DNA of 64,000 nt. Source: the human T2T-CHM13v2.0 reference genome, Homo sapiens. Shown here piece by piece: positions 50,001 to 61,900 of the stretch. Under the pieces are notes generated by a model, which saw only the letters and a program-made list of their open reading frames with translations, did not search any database and had not been told where the DNA came from. Both the position numbers and the translations under genes were made by a program. Where the stretch lies: the NCBI RefSeq assembly GCF_009914755.1, contig NC_060935.1. One strand, written 5' to 3'. Position 1 is the first letter of the stretch; every line of letters starts with the position of its first letter.

Positions 50001-53000
50001 GTTGGAACCGGTTATATCTTAACATAAAAACTAGACAGAAGCATTCTCAGTAACATCCTTCTGATGAGTGCATTCAACTCACAGAGTTGAACATTCTGGT
50101 TGAGAGAGCAGTTTAGAAAGACTCTTTCTGTAGAATCTGCACGTGGATATTTGGACCGCCTTATGGAATTCGTTTTAAAGGGGTATATCTTCACAAAAAA
50201 CTAGACAGAAGAATTCTCAGAAACTTCTTTGTGATGAGTCCATTCAACTCACAGAGTTCAACATTCCTTTTGATAGATGATTAGTTTTGAAACCATTTTT
50301 TTATAGAATCTGCAGGTGGACATGTGTATCGCTTTGAGGCCTACGGTGAAAAAGGCAATATCTTCACATAAATACTAGACAGAAGCATTCTCAGAAACTT
50401 CTTTATGATGTGTGCATTCAACACACAGAGTTGAACATTCCTTTTGATACAGCAGTTTGGAAACACTCTTTCTGTAGAATCTGCAAGTGGATATTTGGAC
50501 CGATTTGTGTAATTCATTGAAAACGGGAATATCTTTACATAAAAACTAGACAGAAACATTCTCAGAATCTTCTTTGGATGTATGCATTCAACTCACAGAG
50601 TTGAACCTTTCTTTTGATAGAGCTGTTTTGAAACACTCTTTTTGTAGAATCTACATGTGGATATTTGGACCGCTTTGTGGAATTCACTGGGAACAGGAAT
50701 ATCTTCACAGAAAAACTACACAGAAGCATTTTCAGAAACTTCTTTGTGATCTGTGCATTCAACTCACAGAGTTGAACATTCCTTTTGATACAGAAGGTCT
50801 GAAACATTCTTTTTGTAGAATCTGCAAGTGGACATATGGAGTGCTTTGAGGCCTATGGTGAAAACGGAAATATTTTCACATAAAAACTAGACAGAAGCAT
50901 TCTCACAAACTTCTTTGTGATTTGTGCATTCACCTCACAGAGGTGAACCCTACTTTTGATAGAGCAGTTCTGAAACACTCTTTTTGTAGAATCTGCAAGT
51001 GGACATTTGAGCAGATTGACAAAGACATTGAGGTCTTTGGTGAAAAAGGAAATATCTTCACATAAAAACTAGATAGAAGCATTCGCAGAAACTACTTTGT
51101 GATGTATGCAATCAACTCACAGAGTTGAATCTTTCTTTGGATAGAGCAGTTTTGAAACACTCGTTTTGTCGAATCTGCAACTAGACATTTTGAACGCTTT
51201 AAACCAATATTGAAAAAGGAAATAGAATCACATAAAAAGTAGACAGAAGGATTCTCAAAAACTTCTTTGTAATGTGTGCATTCAATTCACCGAGTTTAGC
51301 ATTCCTTTTGATAGAGTAGTTTTGAAAAACTCTCGTTGTAGTATCTGTTACTGGACATTTTGACCACTTTGAGCAATTCGTTGGAAACGGCTATATCTTG
51401 ACAAAAAGCTAGAAAGAAGAATTCTCAGAAACTTCTTTGTGATGTGTGCATTCAACTCGCAGAATTGAACCTTTTCTTTTGATAGAGCAGTTTTGAAACA
51501 CTCTTTTTGTAGAATCTGCAAGTGGTCATTTAAAGCGCTTTGTGTCCAATGGTGAAAAAGGAAATATCTTCACGTAAAAACTACACAGAAGCATTCTCAG
51601 AAACTCCTTTGTGATGTGTGCATTCAACTCACAGAGTTGAATCTTTCTTTTGATAGAGCAGTTTTGAAACACTCTTTTTGTAGGATCTACAAGTGGATAA
51701 TTTGACCGCTTCAAGCTCTTCATTGGAAACGGCAATATCTTCACATAAAAACTAGACAGAAACATTCTCAGAAATTTATTTGTGATGTATTCATTCAACT
51801 CACAGAGTTGAACCTTTCTTTTGATATAGCAATTTTGAAACATTCTTTTTGTAGAATCCACAAGTGGACATTTGGAGTGCTTGGAGGCCTGTGGTGAAAA
51901 AGGAAATACCTTCACATAAAAACTAGACAGAAACATTCTCAGAAACTTCTTTGTGATGTGTGCATTGAACTCATAGAGTTGAACATTCCTTTAGATAGAG
52001 CAGTTTTGAAATACACTTTTTGTAGAATCTGCAAGTGTATATTTTGACCACTTTGGGGACTTCGTTGGAAATGGGTATATCTTAACATAAAAACTAGAAA
52101 GACGCATTCTCAGTAACATCATTGTTATGAGTGCATTCAATTCACAGAGGTGAACATTCTTGTTGATAGAGCAGTTTAGAAAAACTCTTTTTGAAGAATC
52201 TGCATGTGGATATGGGGACCAGTTTATGGAATTTGTTGGAAAAGTGTATGATGTCTTCACATAAAAGCTAGACAGAAGCATTCTCAGAAACTTCTTTGTG
52301 ATGTGTGTATTCAACTTACAGAGTTGAACATTCCTTTTGATAGAGCAGTTTTGAAACCCTCTTATTGTAGAATCTGCAAGTTGACATGTGGAGCGCTTTG
52401 AGGCCTATGGTGAAAAAGGAAATATTCTTCACAGAAAACCTAGACAGAAGCATTCTCAGAAATTTCTTTGTGATGTTTGCATTCAACTCACAGAGTTGAA
52501 TATTCCTTTTGATAGAGCAGTGTTGAAACACTCTTTCTGTAGGATCTGCAAGTGCATATTTGGACCACTTTGTGTAATTCATTGGAAACGGGAATATCTT
52601 AACAAAAAAACTAGACAGAAGCATTCTCAGAAACTTCTTTGTGATGTGTGCATTCTACTCACAGAGTTCAACAATCACTTTGATAGAGCAGTTTTTAAAC
52701 ACTCTTTTTGTAGAATCTGCAAGTGGACATTTGGAGCGCTTTGAAGCCTATGGTGAAAAAGGAAATAGGTTCACATAAAAACTAGACAGAAGAATTCTCG
52801 AAACTTCTTTGTGATGTGTGCATTCAACTCACAGTGTTGAACATTCCTTTTGATAGAGAAGTTTTGACACACTATTTTTGTAGAATCTGCAAGTGGACAT
52901 ATGGAGCGCTTTGAGGCCTATGGTGAAAAAGGAAGTATTTTCACATAAAAACTAGACAGAAGCATTCTCGGAAACTTCTTTGTGAGGTGTGCATTCAACT

Positions 53001-55600
53001 CACGGAATTGAACATTCCTTTTGATAGAGCAGTTTTGAAACACTCTTTTGTGGAATCTGCAATTGGACATTTGGACTGCTTTGTAGACTTCGTTGGAAAC
53101 GGGAATATCTTCACATAAAAACGAGACAGAAGCATTCTCAGAAAGTTCTTTGTGATGTGTGCATTCAACTCACAGATTTGAACCTTTCTTTTGATAGAGC
53201 AGTTTTGAAACACTCTTTTTGTAGAATCTGCAAGTGGACATGTGGAGCACTTTGAGGCCGATGGTGAAAAAGGAAATATCTTTATATAAAAACTAGACAG
53301 AAGCATTCTCAGAAACTTCTTTGTGATGTGAGAATTTAACTCAAAGAGTTGAACATTCCGTTTGATAGAGCAGTCTTGAAACACTCTTTTTTTATAATCA
53401 GCAACTGGACATTTGGAGCGCTTTGAGGCCTATAGTGAAAAAGGAAATATCTTCACATAAAAACTATACAGAAGCATTCTCAGAAACATCCTTGTGATGT
53501 GTGCATTCAACTCACAGAGTTGAACACTCCTGTTGATAGAGCAGTTTTTGACACACTCTTTTTCTCGAATCTGCATTTGGATATTTGGACTGCTTTGACG
53601 CCTTCATTCAATGTGGGAACATCTTCACATGGAAACTAGACAGAAGCATTCTCACAAACTCCTTTCTGATGTGTGCATTCAGCTCACAGACTTGAACATT
53701 TCTTTTGATAGAGCAGATTTGGAAAACTTTTTTGGAAAATCTGTAAGTGGACATTTGGAGCACTTTGAGGGCTATTGTGAAAATGAAATATCTTCACATA
53801 AAAACTAGACAGAAGCAATCTCAGAAACTTCTTTGCGATGTGTGCATTCAACTTACAGAGTTGAATATTCCTTTTGATAGAGCAGTTTTGAAACACTCTT
53901 TTTGTATAATCTGCATTTGTCTATTCGGACCGCTTTGACGACTTCATTCGAAAAGGGAATATCTTCACATAAAAACTAGACAGTAGAATTCTCAGAAATT
54001 TCTTTGTGATGTGTGCACTCACCTAACAGAGTTGAACCTTTCCTTTCCTAGAACAGTTTTGAAGCACTCTTTTTATAGTATCTGCAACTGGATATTATGA
54101 CCGCTTTGAGGACTTTGTAGGAAATGGGTATATCTTAACATGAAAACTAGATGGAAGCATTCTCAGTAACTTCCTTGTGATGAGTGCATTCAACTCACAG
54201 AGTTGAACATTCCTATTGATAGAGCAGTTTTAAAACACTCTTTTTGTAGAATCTGCAAGTGGATATTTGGACCGCTTTGTGGAATTCATTGGAAACGAGT
54301 ATATCTTCACATAAAAACTAGACAGAAGCATTCTCAGAAACTTCTTTGTGATGCGTGCATTCAACTCACAGAGTTGAACATTCCTTTAGATAGAGGAGTT
54401 TTGAAATACCCTTTTGACGAATCTGCAAGTGGATATTTGGACCGCTTTGAGGAATTCGTTGGAAACGGGTATATCTTAACATCGAAACTAGACAGAAGCA
54501 TTCACAGAAATTTCTTTGGGATCTGTGCTATCAACTCACAAAGTTTAACCTTTATTTTGGTAAAGCAGTTGTGAAACACTATTTTTGTGGAATCTGCAAG
54601 TGGATATTTGGAACGCTTTGAAGCCTATGTTGAAAAAGTAAATATCTTCCCAAAAAAACTAGAAAGAAGCATTCTCAGAAACTTTGTTGTGATGGGTGCA
54701 TTCAACCCACAGAGTTGAACATTCCTTTTGATAGAGCAGTTTTGAAACACTGTTTTGGTGGAATCTGCAAGTGGATATTTGGAACGCTTTGGGGCCTATG
54801 CTGAAAAAGGAAATATTTTCTCATAAAAACTAGACGGAAGCATTCTCAGAAACTTCTTTGTGATGTGTGCGTTCAACCCAAATAGTTGAATATTCCTTTA
54901 GATAGAGCAGTTTTGAAATACCCTCTTGTAGATTCTGCTAGTGGATATTTGACTGTTATGTGGAATTCGTTGGAAACGGGTATATCTTAATATCAAAACT
55001 AGACAGAAGCATTCTCAGAAATTTCTTCATGATCTGTGCATTCAACTCAAGGAGTTGAACTTTTCTTTTGGTAGATCAGTTTAGAAACACTATTTTTTTG
55101 GAATCTGCAAGTGGACATTTGGAGTGCTTTGAGGCGTACTGTGAAAAAGGAAATATGTTCACAAAAAAACTAGACAGAGGCATTCTCAGAAACTTCGTTG
55201 TGATGTGTGCATTCAACTCACTGAGTTGAACACTCCTTTTGATAGAGAAGTTTTGAAACACTTTTTTTAGAATCTGCATTTGGTTATTGGGACTGCTTTG
55301 AGGCCTTCGTCAGAAACTGGAATATCTTCACATAAAAACTACACAGAAGAATTCTCAGAAACTTCTTTGTGATGTGTGTATTCAACTCACAGAGTTGACC
55401 CTTTCTTTTGATAGAGCAGTTTTGAAACACCCTTTTTGTAGAATCTGCAAGTGGACACTTGTGGCGCTTTGAGGCCAATGGTGAAAAAGGAAATATCTTC
55501 TCATAAAAACCAGACAGAAGCATTGTCAGAAACTTCTTTGTGATGTGTGCATTCAACTCACAGACATGAACATTCCTTTTGATAGTGCAGTTTTGTAACA
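35021..55600 (+). repeat. Monomeric alpha satellite with mixed A/B monomers (SF5-like) and relic duplications
   Basis: Resumes in register after the L1 TSD. From ~39700 many B monomers read GTGGAATTCGTTGGAAACGGGTATATCTTAACATC. Intact CENP-B boxes seen at 37512, 38706, 39044, 43875, 44901, 46611, 47124, 48144, 53088, 54454 and 54965. Confidence 0.92.
45954..46695 (+). repeat. Recent tandem duplication of a 341-bp A/B dimer
   Basis: 45954-46294 repeats at 46295-46635 with only 3 substitutions seen by eye. Confidence 0.93.
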
Positions 55601-58600
55601 CTCTATTTCTAGAATCTGCAAGTGGACATTTGGAGGGCAGTGAGGCCTGAGGTGGAAAAGGAAATATCTTCCCATAAAAACTACAGAGAAGGATTCTCAG
55701 AAACTTCTTTGTGATTATTGCTTTCAACTTACAGAGTTGAAGGTTCCTTTTGACAGAGCAGTTTTGAAACACTCTGCTTGTAGAATCTCCAAGTGGACAT
55801 TTGGACAAATTTGAGGCCTATGGTAGTAAAGTAAATATCTTCATACAAAAACTAGACAGATGCATTCTCAGAAACTTCTTTGTGTTTAGTGAATTCAACT
55901 CACAGAGTTGAACATTCCTCTTGATGAGATAGTTTTGAAACACACTTTTGTAGAATCTGTAAGTGGATATTTGGACCTCTTTGAGTATTTCATTGGAACA
56001 CGGATAGACTTCAAATTACTAAACGGAAACATTCTCAGAAAATTCTTTGTGATATTTGCATTCAACTCACAGAGTTGAAACTTCCTTTGATAGTTCACGT
56101 TTCAAACACTCTTTTTGTAGAATCTGCAAGAAGATATTAAGAGTGCTGTGTGGCCAGTGGTGGTAAAGGAAATATCTTCACATAAAAAGAAGATAGAAAA
56201 ATTCACAGAAAATTCTCTCTGATGATTGCATTCAACTCACAGAGTTGAACATTCCGTTTGGAACAACAGTTTTGAAACACTTTTTTTTGCAGAATCTGCA
56301 AGGGGATATTTGGACATCTTTGAAGATGTCATTGGAAACGGGATAGTCTTCACATAAAATCTAAACAGAAGCATTCTCGGAAACTTCTATCTGATGTTTG
56401 CATTCAACTCACAGAGTTGAACATTCCTTTTGATGGAGCAGTTTTGAAACACTCTTTTTCTAGAGTCTGCAAGTGGACATTTGGAGGGCTTTGAGGCCTG
56501 TGGTGGAAAAGGAAATATCCTCACATAAAAATTAGACAGAATAATTCTCAGAAAATTCTCTCTGATGATTGCATTCAACTCACAGAGTTGAACATTCCCT
56601 TTGGAACAACAGCTTTGAAACACTCTTTTTGTAGAATCTGCAAGGGGATATTTGGACCTCTTTGAAGATTTCGTTGGAAACGGGATAATCTTCACATAAA
56701 AGCTAAACAAAAGCATTCTCAGAAACTGCTTAGTGTTGTTTGTATTCGACTCACAGAGTTGAACATTCCTTTTGATTGAGCAGTTTTGAAACACTCTTTT
56801 TCGAGAATCTGCAAGTGGACATTTGGAGGGCTTTGAGGCCTCTGGTGGAAAAGCAAATATCTTCATATAACAACTAGACAGAAGCATTCTCAGAAACTAC
56901 TCTGTGATGATTGCATTCAACTAACTGGGTGGAACACTCCTGTTGATAGAGCAGTTTTGAAACTCTCTTTTTGTAGAATCTACAACTGGATATTTGGACC
57001 TCTTTGAAGATTTCATAAGAAACGGTTGTATCTTCACTTAAGAACTAAACAAAAGCATTCTCAGAAACAACTTTGTGATGTTTGTGTTCAACTCACAGAG
57101 TTTAACATTGCTTTCCATAGAGCATTTTTGAAACTTTCTTTTGTAGTATCTGCTAGGGGACATTTGGAGCGCTTTGAGGCCTGTGGTGGAAAAGGAAAAA
57201 TCTTGACATAAAAATTAGAGAGAAGCATTCTCAGAAACTACTTTGAGATGATTGCATTTGACTCATAGAGTTGAACTTTCCTTTAAGAAGAGCAGTTTTG
57301 AAACACTATTTTGTAGAATCTACAAGTGTATATTTGGACCTCTTTGAAGATTTCTTTGGAAAAGGCAATATCTTCACATAAAAACTAAACAGAAGCACTC
57401 TCAGAAACTTCTTTGTGATGTTTGTATTCAACTCACAGAGTTGAACATTCCTTTTGATAGAGAGTTTTGAAACACTCTTTTTGTAGAATCTGCAAGTGGA
57501 GATTTGGACTTCTCTCAGGATGTCGCTGGAAAAGGGATAAACTTCACATAACAAAACAGAAGCATTCTCTGTAAATGCTTTGCGATGTTTGCATTCAACT
57601 CATACAGTTGAACTTTCCTTTGTTAGATCAGGTTTGAAACACTCTTTTAATAGAATCTGTAAGTGGATATTTAGACCACATTCTGGCCTTCGTTCGCAAC
57701 GGGTATAACTTCACATAAAAACTAGACAGAAGCATTCTCAGAAACTTCCTTGTGAGGTCTACTTCAGCTCTGAGAGTTGAAACTTCCTACTTATAGAGAA
57801 GAAGTCTTGAAACACTATTTTTGTATAATCTGCAACTGGACATTGGCAGCACATTGAGGCTTATGCTGGTAATAGAAATATCTTCATATAAGAACTAGAC
57901 AGCAGCAATCTCAGAAACATCTTTGAGATGTGTGGATTCAACTCAGAAAGCTGAATCTTTCTTTTGATAGAGCAGTTTTGAAACTATCTTTTTGTAGAAT
58001 CTGCAAGGAGACATTTGCAGCACTCTGAGGCCAACGGTGGAAAAGGAAATATCTTCACATGAAAACTAGTCATAAGCATTTTCAAAACTTCTCTGTGACG
58101 ACTGCATTCAACTCAAAGAGTTGAACACTCCTTTTGATAGAGCAGTTTTGAAACACACTTTTTGTAGAATCTGCAAGTGGATATGTTGTCCTCCTTGAAG
58201 ATTTCTTCGGAAACGGGAATATTTTCACATAAAAACTAAACAGAACATTCTCAGAAACTTCTTTGTGATGCCTGTATTCAACTTCCAGAGTTGAACTTTC
58301 CTGTGGAAAGAGCAGCTATGAAACACTCTTTTTCTAGTATCTGCAAGTAGACATTTGGAGGGCTTTGAGGCCAGTGGTGGAAAAGGAAATATCTTCATGT
58401 AAAAACTAGATAGAAGCATTCTCATAAACTACTTTGTGATGACTGCATTCTACTCACAGAGTTGAACATTCCTATTGATAGAGCACTTTGGAAACACTCT
58501 TTTTGTAGAATCTGCAAGTGGAGATTTGGACAGCCTTGAAGCCTATGGTAGTAAAGGAAATAACTTCATATAAAAACTAGACAGAAGGATTCTCAGAAAA

Positions 58601-58925
58601 TTCTTTGTGATGATTGAGTTTAACTCACAGAGCTGAACATTCTTTTTGATGGAGCAGTTTCAAATCACACTTTTTTTAAAACGTGCAAGTGGATATTGGG
58701 ACCTCTCTGAGGATTTCTTTGGAAAAAGGATAAACTTCACATAACTAAATAGAAGCATTCTCAAAAACTTCTTTGTGATATTTGCATTCAACTCACAGAG
58801 ATGAAACTTCCTTTGATAGTTCAGGTTTGAAACACTCTATTTGTAGAAACTGCAAGTGGATATTTGGACCATTTTGTGGCCTTCGTTGGAAATGGGTATA
58901 TCTTCACATAAAAACTAGACAGAAG
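55600..58925 (+). repeat. Divergent SF3-like (W1-W5) alpha satellite transition zone
   Basis: Monomers acquire the signatures of the adjacent HOR (GTGATGATTGC, CTTTGAAGATTTC, GGTAGTAAAGG, GAGCAGCTATG, short ATAACTAAA ends) without a regular homogeneous period. The left boundary is approximate. Confidence 0.75.
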
Positions 58926-61900
58926 CATTCTCAGAAACTTCTGTGTGATGATTGCATTCAAGTCACAGAGTTGAAGCCTCCATTTGATTGAGCGGTTTGG
59001 AAACTCTCTTTTTGTAGAATCTGTAAGAGGATATGTGGACTTCTTTGAAGATTTCTTTGGAACGGGAATATCTTCACAGAAAAACTAAACAGAAGCATTC
59101 TCACAAACTTCTTTGTGATGTTTGTGTTCGAGTCACACAGTTTAACCTTGCTTTTCATAGAGCAGTTTTGAAACACTCCTTTCGTAGAATCTGCAACTGG
59201 ACATGTGGAGCGCTTCCAGGCCTGTGGTGGAAAAGGAAACATCTTCACATAAAAACTAGACAGAACCATTGTCAGAAACTTCTTTGTGATGATTGCATTC
59301 AACTCACAGAGTTGAAGATTCCTTTTGAAACAGCAGTTTTGAAACACCCTTTCTGTGGGATCCGCAAGTGGATATTTGGACCTCTTTGAAGATTTCGTTG
59401 GAAATGGGGTAAACTTCACATAAAAGCTGCACTGAAGCATTCTCAGAAACTTCTTTGCGATGTTTACATTCACCTCACAGAGTTGAACTTTCCCTCTGAT
59501 ACAGCACCGTTGAAACGCTCGTTTTCTAGAATCTGCTGGTGGACATTTGGAGGGCTTTGAGGTCGGTGGTGGAAAAGTAAATATCTTCTCGTAAAAACTA
59601 CATAGAAGCACTCTCAGAAACGACTCTGTGATGACAGCATTCAACTCAAAGAGTTGAACATTCCTTTTGAGAGAGCAGTTTGGAAACACTCTTTCTCCAG
59701 AATCTGCAAGTGGAGATTCGGACCACTTTGAGGCCTATGGTAGTAAAGGGAAGAACTTCATATAAGAACTAGACAGGAGCACTCTCAGAAAATTCTTTGT
59801 GACGATTGAGTTTATCTCAGAGAGCTGAACATTCGTTTTGATGGAGCAGTTTCCAACCACACTTTTTGTAGAATCTGCAAGTGGAAATTTGGACTTCTCT
59901 GAGGATTTCGTTGGAAACGCGATAAAATTCCGAGAACTACACGGAAGCATTCTCCGAAACTTCTTTGTGATGTTTGCACTCAACTCACGGGGTTGAACCT
60001 TCCTTTCATAGTTCAGCTTTCAAACACTATTTCTGTAGAATCTGCAAGTGGATATTTGGACCACTTTGTGGCCTTCCTTCGAAACGGGTATATCTTCACA
60101 TCAAACCTAGACAGAAGCATTCTCAGAAGGTTTCCTGTGATGACTGCATTCAACTCACAGAGTTGAACAATCCTGTTGACGGAGCAGTTTTGAAGCTCCC
60201 TTTCTTTGGGATCTGCAAGTGGATATGTGGACCTCTTTGAAGAGTTCGTTGGAAACGGGTTCATCTTCACATAACAACTAAACAGGAGCATTCTCAGAAA
60301 CTACTTTGTGATGTTTGTGTTCAACTTCCAGAGTTGAACTTTCCTCTTGAAAGAGCAGCTATGAAACACTCTTTTTCTAGAATGTGCAAGTGGACGTTTG
60401 GAGGGCTTTGAGGCCTGCGGTGGAAAAGGAAATATCTTCACATAAAAACTAGATAGAAGCATTCTCAGAAATTACTTTGTGATGATTGCATCGGACTCAC
60501 AGAGTTGGGCATTCCAATGGATAGAACAGTTTGTAAACAGTCTTTTTGTAGAATCTGCAATTGGAGATTTGGACTGCTTTGAGACCTATGGGAGTAAAGG
60601 AAATAACTTCATATAAAAACCAAACGGAAGCATTCACAGAAAATTCTTTGTGATGATCGCATTTAACTGAGAGAGCTGAACATTCCTTTCGATGGAGCAG
60701 TTTCCAAACACACTTTTTGTAGGATCTGCAAGTGGATATTCGGACCTCTCTGAGGATTTCGTTGGAAACGGGATACACTTCCCAGAAATACACGGATGCA
60801 TTCTCCCAAACTTCTTGGTGATGTTTGCATACAACTCACAGAGTTGAACCTTCCTTTCGTAGTTCAGCTTTGAGACACTCTTTTTGTAGAATCTGCAGCT
60901 GGATATTTGGACCACTGTGAGGCCTTCATTCGAAAAGGGTATATCTTCACGTAACAACTCAAGAGAAGCATTCTCAGAAACTTCTGTGTGATGATTGCAT
61001 TCAAGTCACAGAGTTGAACCCTCCATTTGATTGAGCAGTTTGGAAACTCTCTTTTTGTAGAATCTCTAAGAGGATATGTGGACGTCTTTGAAGATTTCTT
61101 TGGAAACGAGAATATCTTCACAGAAAAACTAAACTGAAGCATTCTCACAAACTTCTTTGTGATGTTTGTGTTCGAGTCACACAGTTTAACATTGCTTTTC
61201 ATAGAGCAGTTTTGAAACACTCCGTTCGTAGAATCTGCAAGTGGACATGTGGAGCGCTTCCAGGCCTGTGGTGGAAAAGGAAACATCTTCACATAAAAAC
61301 TAGACAGAAGCATTGTCAGAAACTTCTTTGTGAAGACTGCATTAAACTCACAGAGTTGAAGATTCCTTTTGAAACAGCAGTTTTGAAACACCCTTTCTGT
61401 GGGATCCGCAAGTGGATATTTGGACCTCTTTGAAGATTTCGTTGGAAATGGGGTAAACTTCACATAAAAGCTAAACCGAAGCATTCTCAGAAAATTCTTT
61501 GTGATGTTTGCATTTACCACACAGATTTGAACTTTCCCTCTGATACAGCACCTTTGAAACGCTCGTTTTCTAGAATCTGCAGGGGGACATTTGGAGGGCT
61601 TTGGGGATGGTGGAGGAAAAGGAAATATCTTCTCGTAAAAACTACACAGAAGCACTCTCAGAAACGACTCTGTGATGATAGCATTCAACTCACAGAGTTG
61701 AGCATTCCTTTTGAGAGAGCAGTTTGGAAACACTCTTTCTGCAGAATCTGCAAGTGGAGATTTGGACCGCTTTGAGGCCTATGGTAGTAAAGGAAAGAAC
61801 TTCATATAAGAACTAGACAGGAGCACTCTCAGAAAATTCTTTGTGACGATTGAGTTTAACTCAGAGAGCTGAACATTCGTTTTGATGGAGCAGTTTCCAA

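Noticed and set aside
51005-51035. Small indels (~12-nt insertion at ~51020, 6-bp duplication at 17355, ATCA duplication at 12261, ~25-bp deletion at 49589)
   Set aside because: Ordinary slippage and decay with no further structure evident.
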